Assembly (NCBI GenBank): GCA_963667845.2
Contig: CAXXVL010000001.1
Location: 352,001-416,000 of the forward strand
From: Smithellaceae bacterium
GTDB lineage: Bacteria; Desulfobacterota; Syntrophia; Syntrophales; Smithellaceae
Length of the DNA: 64,000 nt
Direction of reading: 5' to 3'
The first letter of the stretch is position 1. The number at the start of each line of letters is the position of its first letter. Positions 1 through 8,904 of this stretch are shown here, one piece after another. The position numbers and the translations under genes were made by a program. The notes under the pieces are model-generated. The model saw nothing but the letters and a program-made list of their open reading frames with translations. It made no database searches and was not told the DNA's origin.

Positions 1-7
1 ACCCTGC

Positions 8-1204
8 ATGGACGTTCAGAAAATGGCGGTGGAAGAACTCAATGCCACCGGCGGCATTATGGGACGGCCGGTTAAGTATGTGGTGATGGACAACAAGGGG
101 GATACTTCCCTGTCTGTTGAAGCCTTCCGGAAACTGGTGATCGAAGACAAGGCAAAACTGATCTCCGTGGAAGGCCGATCGGAAATCTGCCTGGCTGTGC
201 AGGAAGCCTCGGGATCGATGTTTAAAGAGTATCCTCACATTCTGATCTTTAACGGTCCGATGGGTTCGGAGCTGACGGCGCGGATACTCGATCAGGCTCC
301 GAAATACGACCACTGCTTCCGTGACTGGGATCCGGAACCGGCCCATTACGCACACATGAAATATTTCTTCACGTACCTCTATCCCAAAGTGATGAAGGCG
401 AAAAGACTGGCCATTCTTTGGGAAGATCTTGCCTGGACAACCGAATGGCGCAAAGGAATCGATTATATCAAGCTGCCGACCTGGGACAAACTGGCTAAAG
501 ATTCCGGTCTGGAAGTTGTCTACAGCAAGGCGGTCAAGCCGCGTGGCACCATGTATCTGCCGATTCTGCAGGATATCAAGAAAGCCAACGCCGATGTGAT
601 TTTCTATTGCAGCTCCTGGTTCACGGATACGGAGTCATTTACAAAGCAGTGGTCTGATTCCGCGGCCAAGGATATTGCCGTCCATCTTTACGGGGGTGTC
701 TCGCAGACCCAGAATTTCTGGAAGATGACGGGCGGTAAAGGCCTGGGCATCGTTACGGGTTATACGGATTTGAGCACCACCCCGATTACGCCGCAGACGA
801 TTCCCCTCGTCAAGAAAGCGAACATGCGCGGCATTCCCATGCAGCAGCATGTGCATCTTGCCTATGCCGATATCCAGCATTTCAAGAATGCGGTAGTATA
901 TGCGAAGGGAACGACCGACATGAAAAAGCTGATCAAGGGGATGGAAGAGGTGACCACACCCTATTCTCTGGGAAAGATGAAATACCAGACCCAGAAAATC
1001 AAACCGTTCTACCACTCCCTGATGCGGGTGGATCCGAACGACCCCTATAAGACCTACCCCGGGCAATTTTTCCAGCCGGAAGCCCAGTTCCAGAAGAACG
1101 GCCAGGTGGTTATCATCAGCGAATCCTGTCCGGAGAATGAAAAACTCTTAAAGCAGTATCTTCATCCGGAGGCCTATAAGACACCGGCCGAGCTAAGAAA
1201 ATAG
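8..1204 (+). CDS. ABC transporter substrate-binding protein, LivJ/LivK-like (Peripla_BP_6); probably 5'-truncated by the window edge
   Basis: 398 aa ORF with the MAVEELNATGGIMGRPVKYVVMD segment typical of branched-chain amino acid-type binding proteins; no signal peptide, and the frame is open to the window start. Confidence 0.85.
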   Translation: MDVQKMAVEELNATGGIMGRPVKYVVMDNKGDTSLSVEAFRKLVIEDKAKLISVEGRSEICLAVQEASGSMFKEYPHILIFNGPMGSELTARILDQAPKYDHCFRDWDPEPAHYAHMKYFFTYLYPKVMKAKRLAILWEDLAWTTEWRKGIDYIKLPTWDKLAKDSGLEVVYSKAVKPRGTMYLPILQDIKKANADVIFYCSSWFTDTESFTKQWSDSAAKDIAVHLYGGVSQTQNFWKMTGGKGLGIVTGYTDLSTTPITPQTIPLVKKANMRGIPMQQHVHLAYADIQHFKNAVVYAKGTTDMKKLIKGMEEVTTPYSLGKMKYQTQKIKPFYHSLMRVDPNDPYKTYPGQFFQPEAQFQKNGQVVIISESCPENEKLLKQYLHPEAYKTPAELRK

Positions 1205-1226
1205 TCAAGAGTATTTAGCGGATTGA

Positions 1227-1266
1227 AAAGGGGCGGCTCCGGTTATGGAGTCGCCTTTCTTTCTTT
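1227..1266 (+). terminator. Rho-independent terminator
   Basis: Stem GGCGGCTCC/GGAGTCGCC followed by TTTCTTTCTTT just after the stop at 1204. Confidence 0.7.
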
Positions 1267-1299
1267 GGTAACAAAAAATTAACAGTGGGAGGTAACGGT

Positions 1300-2418
1300 A
1301 TGAAAAAGATCACTGTGCTGCTTGTGCTCTTCGCAATGATTGCGGTGCCGGGCGCTCCAATTGCCAGAGCCGATGATACGATCAGGATCGGGGCCGCCTT
1401 TGCCCTGTCCGGAAGCCTTGCCGTTTACGGTGAGGGCCTCAAGATGTGCATCGATCTGGCCGTCGGGGAGATCAATGCCCGGGGCGGCATCAAGGGTAGG
1501 AAGATCGAGATCGTGTACGAAGACAACAAAAGCAACCCCGAGGACTCCGTCAGGGCCGTCCGGAAGCTCATCACGGTAGATAAGGTCCCCGTGATATTCG
1601 GGCCCGCCGCCAGTTCCAATTTCATGGCGGCGGCTCCCGTTGCCCAGGAGAACAGAGTTGTGCTGCTCTCGGCGCAGGGCGCCGCAGTCGGTCTGACGGG
1701 GGCGGGAGATTACATCTTTCGCGTGTTCCCCTCGGATACCCTGCAGGGGCCTCGCCTGGCGAAGCTCGCTATGAGCATGGGCTACAAAAGGGTCCCCGTC
1801 ATGTATGTCGGCAATGACTGGGGTCTCGGCCTGAAGGATTCCTTCGTGAACGCCTACAGGAAGATGGGCGGGACGGTGACGGACGTCATCGCCTGCGCTG
1901 AGAATAAGACGGACTACCGCACGGAACTTCTCCGCGCCGGCAAGGGCAGCCCCCCGGCCATCGTCAATCTAACTTACATCAACGAAGGTGCCGTGCAGTT
2001 CAAGCAGGCCTTCGCGCTGGGCATCAAGACGCAGTGGCTCTGCGGTTCCGCCGCCAGGGCGCCCAAGATGGTGGAGCTGGCCGGAATGGTCGCAGACGGG
2101 GTCATGGGCACCTACCCCGCGGTTCCCCAGAACACAAAGGTCTACCGGGCATTTAAGGAAGCATACAAGAAGAAGTACGGCGACGACAAGATTCCCATTT
2201 TCGGCGATTACAATTACGACATGGTCTATATCACAGCCGGGGCGATCGAAAAGGCCGGCTACACGGCCAACGGGATTCGCAAAGCCCTGCCCGGTGCGGC
2301 CAGGGGATACAAGGGCGTAACCGGAGATAAAACTTTCGACGCACAGAGAAGCCCGAAATTCGCCGAATACGGCATCTGGATTGTCAAGAACGGCAAGATT
2401 GAGGATTACAAAAAATAA
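1300..2418 (+). CDS. LivK-like ABC substrate-binding protein
   Basis: GGAGG RBS before ATG 1300; signal peptide MKKITVLLVLFAMIAVPG; IRIGAAFALSG...EINARGGIKGRKIEIVYED and YKGVTGDKTFD motifs. Confidence 0.9.
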   Translation: MKKITVLLVLFAMIAVPGAPIARADDTIRIGAAFALSGSLAVYGEGLKMCIDLAVGEINARGGIKGRKIEIVYEDNKSNPEDSVRAVRKLITVDKVPVIFGPAASSNFMAAAPVAQENRVVLLSAQGAAVGLTGAGDYIFRVFPSDTLQGPRLAKLAMSMGYKRVPVMYVGNDWGLGLKDSFVNAYRKMGGTVTDVIACAENKTDYRTELLRAGKGSPPAIVNLTYINEGAVQFKQAFALGIKTQWLCGSAARAPKMVELAGMVADGVMGTYPAVPQNTKVYRAFKEAYKKKYGDDKIPIFGDYNYDMVYITAGAIEKAGYTANGIRKALPGAARGYKGVTGDKTFDAQRSPKFAEYGIWIVKNGKIEDYKK

Positions 2419-2925
2419 ACGGATCGCCAAGATGGAGAGGACTTTTCCCGTCAGCAGATGCGGCCTTTTGTTTTTTTTGTCGGCGGAGCGTTCCATGCGA
2501 CGTCGGGCCGGGGATGCTTCGGATAGCAGGGAAGCAATAAGGAAAGAACTTCAATATATCAAAACAATATGGACAGTGTTCTGTTTGGGCCATTGATCGG
2601 TGATTTGTTTTTCTTCGGCCCACCCGGCTTGTATTTCGTGAATGCAAAAATAAGAGGGCGCATTCTATTTAATGAAGGCGATATTGAAAATCAGAAATGA
2701 ATAATGGAACCCGTGCCGTTTTTTCGCAAAAACATATCAATTAATATTTTGAAGCACATCCCTATTTCCCCTCGATCCTATACTGCATTATTCAGCACTT
2801 TCCTGTCTGACCACTCTTCCGGGATATTGGAATTGCTCATTGAGGCTTTCTATGTTAGCAGTTTTCCGGTTGAAAAAATGTTTGCACCAAAGCAAGCTAA
2901 ACATATTTAGGAGGAAAATAGTAAA

Positions 2926-4596
2926 ATGGAAGCAAGACCCTGGCACAAGTATTACGATCCCGGAGTACCCCCTTTTTTTAACGCACCGCGCATTACGGCT
3001 CAGGAACTATTAGGCGCATCCGCCGCGTATCAGCCTGACAAAGTCGCGCTGGACATGTACGGGTCCGAGATAACCTTTCATGAACTTCGACAAATGTCTT
3101 TGCGCATGGCCAATGCCATGGTGAAGCTGGGGATCAAGAAGGGTGATCGGGTTGGTCTGGCATTGCCGAACTGTTCTCAGTTTGTCGTGGCCTATCTGTC
3201 CATCCTGACCACAGGCGCAATCGTCGTCAACCTCAATCCCATGTATACACAAGGCGAGCTCAAGTTCATGATGGAAAATACCGGCGTCAGCGCGCTGGTT
3301 ACCTTTGACGGAGCACTCCCGACGTTCCGGCCGCTGGCGAAAGACCTGGGAATCAAGAACGTGATCGTAACGAAGGTTTCCGACTTTATGAATGGTGTGC
3401 CGGGAAGCTCGGCCACGAGCCTTAATCTGGAAGAAGGATGGCAGCATTTCTCGGAACTGCTGGAATCATCCACGGATGCGCGCATCCCCCGCATCAGCAT
3501 CACATCGGATGATCCGGCGCTGATCCAGTTTACCGGCGGAACAACGGGCCTTCCCAAGGGGGCGGTTCTTACCCATTATAATATTGTATCCTCCGTCCAC
3601 ATGGGTTCTTTCTGGTGTCCCAGTTTAGCGTCCTACAGCACAATCCAGGAACGCTCTGTCCTCAGCCTGATTCCCTACTTTCATATCTACGGCACTATTT
3701 CCGCCATGAATTGGGGATTGTTTAACTGCGGCACGCAGATCATCCTGCCCAGATTCGATTTGGAAGAAGTGGTCGCGACGATCGCCAAGTATCCCAAGAT
3801 CACGTATTTCCCGGCCGTGCCGACGATGATCACCGCATTGCTGAGCCATCCGAAAGTCAAGGAAATGAATTTAGGGAAACGGTTTTCCTTCATCGGATCC
3901 GGCGGCGCCCCGATGCCCGAGGAGCTGATCTGGCAGCTGCGTGATCTCGGCGTATTTTTCTTTGAAGGGTACGGCATGAGCGAGTCCACATCGGTCGGCG
4001 CCTGCAACCCGGTTACCGGCCTCAACAAAACCGGTTCGATCGGCCTTCCGTATCTAAATATGGATGTTCGCCTGGTGGATATCGAAAACGGCGTTGACGA
4101 TGTGAAGCAAGGCGAGCCCGGTGAAATCCTCATGAAGGGTCCGACCATTATGAAGGGATACTGGAACAATCCCGAAGAAACGGCCAATCAGCTCAAGGAT
4201 GGCTGGCTCTATACGGGAGACATTGCCATCGCTGATGAAGATGGATTCCTTTTCATTGTCGATCGCAAAAAGGACATGATCATTGCGGGAGGATTCAACA
4301 TCTATCCCCGCGAGGTGGATGAGGTCCTGTACCAGCATCCCAAAGTGAAGGAAGCGGTAACCGTCGGCATACCCGATCCTTACCGGGGAGAAACCATCAA
4401 GGTTTATGTAACGCTGAAACAGGATCAAACCTGTACGGACAAGGAAATTATCAATTTCTGCAAAGAAAAACTGGCGCCGTACAAAGTGCCCAGACTGGTT
4501 GAATTCCGGCCTGAGATTCCCAAGTCGGCTGTCGGGAAAATTCTCCGGAAGATTCTGCGGGATGAAGAAATAGCCAAACAGAAGACAAAGGCATAA
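2926..4596 (+). CDS. Long-chain-fatty-acid--CoA ligase (FadD-like)
   Basis: AGGAGG RBS; AMP-binding motifs QFTGGTTGLPKG, EGYGMSE, TGD, DRKKDMII, SAVGKILR. Confidence 0.93.
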   Translation: MEARPWHKYYDPGVPPFFNAPRITAQELLGASAAYQPDKVALDMYGSEITFHELRQMSLRMANAMVKLGIKKGDRVGLALPNCSQFVVAYLSILTTGAIVVNLNPMYTQGELKFMMENTGVSALVTFDGALPTFRPLAKDLGIKNVIVTKVSDFMNGVPGSSATSLNLEEGWQHFSELLESSTDARIPRISITSDDPALIQFTGGTTGLPKGAVLTHYNIVSSVHMGSFWCPSLASYSTIQERSVLSLIPYFHIYGTISAMNWGLFNCGTQIILPRFDLEEVVATIAKYPKITYFPAVPTMITALLSHPKVKEMNLGKRFSFIGSGGAPMPEELIWQLRDLGVFFFEGYGMSESTSVGACNPVTGLNKTGSIGLPYLNMDVRLVDIENGVDDVKQGEPGEILMKGPTIMKGYWNNPEETANQLKDGWLYTGDIAIADEDGFLFIVDRKKDMIIAGGFNIYPREVDEVLYQHPKVKEAVTVGIPDPYRGETIKVYVTLKQDQTCTDKEIINFCKEKLAPYKVPRLVEFRPEIPKSAVGKILRKILRDEEIAKQKTKA

Positions 4597-4609
4597 TAGG
4601 TCTTGACCA

Positions 4610-4656
4610 CCGTGACCGGTTCCAGTCGTACTTAAAACGACCGGAACCGGTCGCGG
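4610..4656 (+). terminator. Long stem-loop after the ligase (terminator or stability element)
   Basis: CCGTGACCGGTTCCAGTCGT-loop-ACGACCGGAACCGGTCGCGG; no U-tract. Confidence 0.5.
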
Positions 4657-4773
4657 CGCCTCAGGCAGCAGGCGAAACAGCCAACTGGTCCCTTTTAACT
4701 TGACATCTGATGCAGGTCATATAACTACCATGGTGGAAGTCATAAAATAATAATACCGGTATAAGGAGGAACC

Positions 4774-5577
4774 ATGAGCGAACTGGTAAAAATTTCAATC
4801 GAAAATCATATGGCGGACGTCCGCTTCAACCGGCCTGAAAAATACAACGCTTTGAGCTTTGCTATGATTGACGCCATGGCCAACGCCATCAACCGGCTGG
4901 CCGGGGAGCCCGGTGTTCGCGTCGTCGTCATCTCCGGCGAAGGCAAGAGCTTCTGCGCCGGCCTGGATATTGAGAACTTCGCGGCTTTGCAATCAGGAGA
5001 AAATAAGTTTCCCGATCTTACGGATCGCTACCAGAACCGGATTTCCAATATCTATCAGCATATCGGATACGGATGGAAAGAGCTTCCCGTGCCGGTGATC
5101 GCGGCCATTCATGGCGTAGCGCTGGGCGGCGGTTTCCAGATTGCCATGGGGGCGGACATTCGCTTCAGCACACCCGATGCCAAATTCTCGCTGATGGAAA
5201 TGAAATGGGGATTGATTCCGGATATGAGCATTACCCAGACTATCCGCGATGTCGTGTCGATTGACGTGGCCAAGGAATTGATCTTTACGGGCAAAGTCAT
5301 CAAAGGCGAGGAAGCGGCCCGCTTGAATCTGGTGACGCATGTCTGCGAAAAGCCCTATGAAGATGCCATGACCCTGGCGCGGGAGATCGCATCCAAAAAT
5401 CCCGATGCCGTGCGCGCGGCAAAGAAGCTCATTAACGAAGTGTGGCATGGCGATTCGGGCCGGGGCCTGCTGATGGAATCCGAACTGATGATGACGCTCA
5501 TGGGGAGTCCCAACCAGCTTGCGGCGGTTACCGCAGCCTTTACCAAGCGTCCGCCCGAATTCAAGGACCCGGCGTGA
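4774..5577 (+). CDS. Enoyl-CoA hydratase/isomerase (crotonase family)
   Basis: AAGGAGG RBS; NRPEKYNAL, FCAGLD, PVIAAIHGVALGGG, EMKWGLIPD motifs. Confidence 0.92.
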   Translation: MSELVKISIENHMADVRFNRPEKYNALSFAMIDAMANAINRLAGEPGVRVVVISGEGKSFCAGLDIENFAALQSGENKFPDLTDRYQNRISNIYQHIGYGWKELPVPVIAAIHGVALGGGFQIAMGADIRFSTPDAKFSLMEMKWGLIPDMSITQTIRDVVSIDVAKELIFTGKVIKGEEAARLNLVTHVCEKPYEDAMTLAREIASKNPDAVRAAKKLINEVWHGDSGRGLLMESELMMTLMGSPNQLAAVTAAFTKRPPEFKDPA

Positions 5578-5618
5578 CCGCGTAATTTGCAGTGGCTCAT
5601 TTTGTAATGGAGAACTCT

Positions 5619-6008
5619 ATGCAATGCGATCTTCATCATGTCCATCTCTTCGCATCCGATCTTGATGAGAGCATCCGATTTTATCGTGAAATGTTCGGTG
5701 CGGAAATCCTGTTTGATGAAATTGTAGCCTCGGTGCGTAATGTCCTCATACGCATTGGAACCGGCCGCATCAATTTTTACGACCAGCCACCGCGGGATAC
5801 CGGTAAAAGTGCCATGCATCACCTCGGAATCCTGACGGATGATATTTCCGCACTGGTCGCTCATATGGAGGCGAAGGGTTTCAACTTCCGATCGCCCATC
5901 AGAGACTTCGGCGATCTTAAATACATTATGATCGAGGGGCCCGACCGGGTTTTGATAGAAGTCTTTGAAACGCAGGCAGTTGATGAGACAAAGACTGTAC
6001 CGGCATGA
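5619..6008 (+). CDS. VOC (glyoxalase/epimerase-like) family protein
   Basis: GGAG RBS before ATG 5619; LHHVHL...HHLGI...GPDRVLIEVFE metal-binding pattern. Confidence 0.85.
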   Translation: MQCDLHHVHLFASDLDESIRFYREMFGAEILFDEIVASVRNVLIRIGTGRINFYDQPPRDTGKSAMHHLGILTDDISALVAHMEAKGFNFRSPIRDFGDLKYIMIEGPDRVLIEVFETQAVDETKTVPA

Positions 6009-6142
6009 GTGAGAATAAACCGGTATCGGCAATACGGGCTGATTTCCCGGTGCGCGTCGCTGCCACGGAGTTTGAAATTTGCCGGCAATCAGTATATAGG
6101 TTGCCGGCACGGCGCTCTCAAATACGGCTTAAGGAGGTTAGG

Positions 6143-6601
6143 GTGATTAAAGCAAAGTATAAATGTGTGGTGAGTATTACTGCTCTTATCCTGTTCACGA
6201 TGATTACATTCGCCCATGGTGAAGCGTTGCAGCCGGCGCAAATCACGCCGGACCAGCTTAGCCAGATGCGCTGGTCGGTGAGCCCCAGAGGACTTCAGGA
6301 GCTGATCATTATCGGGAATCCCGCAAACTCCGGAATGTACGTGGTTCGCTCAAAATATACATCCGGCTTGCGGACCGAACCTCACTTTCATCCGGACAAT
6401 AGAATCGTTACCGTACTGTCCGGCACGATGTATCTCGGCTACGGCAAAAAGTTCGACGAGAAAAAAATGAAAGCGCTGCCGGCAGGCAGTATCTGGACCG
6501 AACCGGCAAACCAGCCTCATTTTTCTTGGGCGAAAGACGGCGAGGTGCTTATCCAGATCATCGGCTCCGGTCCATCCGGCGTGACGTCCGCGCGTCCATA
6601 A
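6143..6601 (+). CDS. Secreted cupin-domain protein
   Basis: AAGGAGG RBS before GTG 6143; hydrophobic signal peptide; cupin motifs PHFHPDNRIVTVLSG and LPAGSIWTEPANQPHF. Confidence 0.8.
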   Translation: MIKAKYKCVVSITALILFTMITFAHGEALQPAQITPDQLSQMRWSVSPRGLQELIIIGNPANSGMYVVRSKYTSGLRTEPHFHPDNRIVTVLSGTMYLGYGKKFDEKKMKALPAGSIWTEPANQPHFSWAKDGEVLIQIIGSGPSGVTSARP

Positions 6602-6669
6602 AAGTCGCGGGTACGGCGTTATCTGTTTCTGCCTTTTTCCTCGAAGTTAACCGTTTGTCTCTATTCATT

Positions 6670-8685
6670 TCAAAGATTGTATTTTTCAATCTTCCGGTAG
6701 AGGGTCATGCGGGATACCTTCATTTGCTTTGCGATCTGGCTCTTGGATACGCCTAGCCGCAGAAGGTTGCGTATCGCAGACTCCTCCGGAATGTCCGCCA
6801 CTTCGTTGTTGCCTTCGATCCTGACGCCTTCAGAGATTTCAGCCGGAATCAGGTCTGCGGTCAGTTCGTTTGTTCGAACGATGTTCATCATTCTTTCGAT
6901 CACATTTTGCAGTTCACGGACGTTACCCGGCCAGGGATAGCAAGACAGGATGCTGTGCACCGCAGGATCGATCCGGTCGATTTTTTTGTTGAGAATCATC
7001 CCGTATTTATTCACAAAGCAGTCGGTCAGTATACGGATATCTTCGGGCCTCTTGTTCAGGGGAATCAGGTGGATGGCAAACACATTTAACCGGTAATACA
7101 GGTCTTCCCTGAAATTGCCTTTGCAGACCCGCTCCTGCAGGTCTGCATTTGTGGCTGCAATGATTCGGACATCAACGGGCCGAATTCGTTTATCTCCGAT
7201 CCGGACAACGCATTTTTCTTCGATGACCCTGAGCAGGGCTGCCTGAAGTGCAAGCGGCGTTTCGGAAATTTCATCGAGAAAGATGGTTCCTCCGTCAGCC
7301 AGTTCGAATTTGCCCTGGTTTCCTCCCCTGCGGGACCCCGTAAAGGCGCCTTCTTCGTAACCGAAAAGCTCGCTCGTTATCAGATCGATAGGAATCGCCG
7401 CGCAGTTGATGGCCACATACGGGCCGTTTTTCCGGCTGCTTGCGTTATGAATAGCCTGCGCGAATATATCTTTCCCCGTTCCGCTTTTTCCCAAAAGCAA
7501 AACATTGGAAGAGCTTGCTGAAGCGATCCGGGCCTGCTCGACCGTCTCCAGGAAAGCAGGGTTCTCGCCGCGGATATCGTCGAAGCTGAAATTCGCCTTG
7601 GCACCGATCATTTTTGTGATCATGGTGTTGACTCTTTTGATTTCCATCAGGACAAGAATCTTTCCGATGATCTCGCCTTGCGGGGACACAATGGGTTTGG
7701 TCGTCAAGGTATAATCGTTGCTCCTTTTTTGGGAAAATATCCGGACCTCCACATCACTCACTACGCCATCGTTTTCGATAATACTCAGAAACCGCTGATT
7801 ACCAGGGCCGAAGACCAGCCTGACAGGTTCGCCCTCTGTTTGTCCGGCGTCCAGAAGAAACATCTTTTCGGCCTTTTCATTAACGAGCGAGATGCGGCCT
7901 TCACGGTCCACGGCAATCATCGCCGCCGGTATCGAGGAAATGACTGCCTTCTGAAAGCTGCTGGCGATTTGCGCCTTCTGCGTCGCTCCTTCCGACCGGA
8001 TCACGTTTTCGATCGCTTTGGCCGCTGCCACCGTTGTACCGAAAAGATAGGGATTGGCCGCGTAATAAAGCCCATGCACCATAATTCCGCCGAGCAATTC
8101 TCCCTCAGGGCCGAAGATTGGCGAGCCGCACCCGATGTCGCGGTGGTGATACCGGACGTAATGCTGGGCGCCGAAGACGCTGACCGGCCGGCGCAGCGCC
8201 AGGACTGTTCCCACTGCGCCGGTCCCGGAGCTTGCTTCATCAGAGAGTGCGCCTACGACCCACTGCGCTTTTTCCATGGCCTCTTTGAATTTAGGTTCAA
8301 AGGTGACATCCAGCAAATAGCCGCGATGGTCGTAAATGGTAACGGCCAGTTGGTTGGGAGTCTTCACAAACTGGAAAAGATTGTCCATCATGAACCGGCT
8401 GACTTGGATGAAATGCCTGTTTTTTTCCAGGAGTGCTTCAATGTCGTCTCCGGAAAGGATTCTGCGCCGGGGTAATCCATAAGGATCGAGCCCCGTTTTG
8501 CGGCAGCGGAGCCAGGATTCAAGTATCTCGGCAGGCACCACGGACGGATCAATAGAATCATCTCCGGCGATAAATTTTTTCCATTCCCCGACCGTGCGCT
8601 CATATATTTTTTCGTAATAATCAGTTCCGGAACGTGCAGCATAAGGATGCTGCCGGGGATTCGGGATCTCGATCTTTTTTGTCAT
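6670..8685 (-). CDS. Sigma54-dependent transcriptional activator (GAF-PAS-AAA+-Fis HTH, AcoR-like architecture)
   Basis: Walker A GKSGTGKD, ELFGYEEGAFTGS, IFLDEI, WPGNVREL, C-terminal VSRMTLYRKI HTH; N-terminal ILESWLRC GAF region. Confidence 0.93.
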   Translation of the reverse strand: MTKKIEIPNPRQHPYAARSGTDYYEKIYERTVGEWKKFIAGDDSIDPSVVPAEILESWLRCRKTGLDPYGLPRRRILSGDDIEALLEKNRHFIQVSRFMMDNLFQFVKTPNQLAVTIYDHRGYLLDVTFEPKFKEAMEKAQWVVGALSDEASSGTGAVGTVLALRRPVSVFGAQHYVRYHHRDIGCGSPIFGPEGELLGGIMVHGLYYAANPYLFGTTVAAAKAIENVIRSEGATQKAQIASSFQKAVISSIPAAMIAVDREGRISLVNEKAEKMFLLDAGQTEGEPVRLVFGPGNQRFLSIIENDGVVSDVEVRIFSQKRSNDYTLTTKPIVSPQGEIIGKILVLMEIKRVNTMITKMIGAKANFSFDDIRGENPAFLETVEQARIASASSSNVLLLGKSGTGKDIFAQAIHNASSRKNGPYVAINCAAIPIDLITSELFGYEEGAFTGSRRGGNQGKFELADGGTIFLDEISETPLALQAALLRVIEEKCVVRIGDKRIRPVDVRIIAATNADLQERVCKGNFREDLYYRLNVFAIHLIPLNKRPEDIRILTDCFVNKYGMILNKKIDRIDPAVHSILSCYPWPGNVRELQNVIERMMNIVRTNELTADLIPAEISEGVRIEGNNEVADIPEESAIRNLLRLGVSKSQIAKQMKVSRMTLYRKIEKYNL

Positions 8686-8698
8686 CGGTTGTCTCCTG

Positions 8699-8759
8699 CG
8701 TTACAACATTAGGCAATTGTGTAACATAAAATTCTATTAATTGTTACAACTTTGTAAAT
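8699..8759. promoter_or_regulatory. Candidate enhancer (UAS) sites for the divergent sigma54 activator
   Basis: Repeated half-sites cGTTACA (8699), TGTAACA (8720-8726) and imperfect palindrome TGTTACA-ACTT-TGTAAAT (8742-8759), about 85-145 bp upstream of the -24/-12 element. Confidence 0.6.
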
Positions 8760-8841
8760 GATGAAATGCTAAAATTCAGACTTAATTTAGACGTATTTGA
8801 TAAGCAATTGATTTTATTTTACTTATTATAGTCTTTTTCAG

Positions 8842-8857
8842 CGGCATAAATGTTGCT
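8842..8857 (+). promoter_or_regulatory. Sigma54 -24/-12 promoter
   Basis: cGGCATAAATGTTGCt: GG(8843-8844)-N10-GC(8855-8856) with TTGC, divergent from a sigma54 activator gene. Confidence 0.75.
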
Positions 8858-8904
8858 GATTGAAGGCAGTGCTCAAATATACTCTTCAAGGGGGACTATC
8901 GATT

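Noticed and set aside
2704..2910. Short ORFs in intergenic regions (also 45795-46186 and 60653-60907)
   Set aside because: No RBS or recognisable motifs; they lie in probable promoter regions
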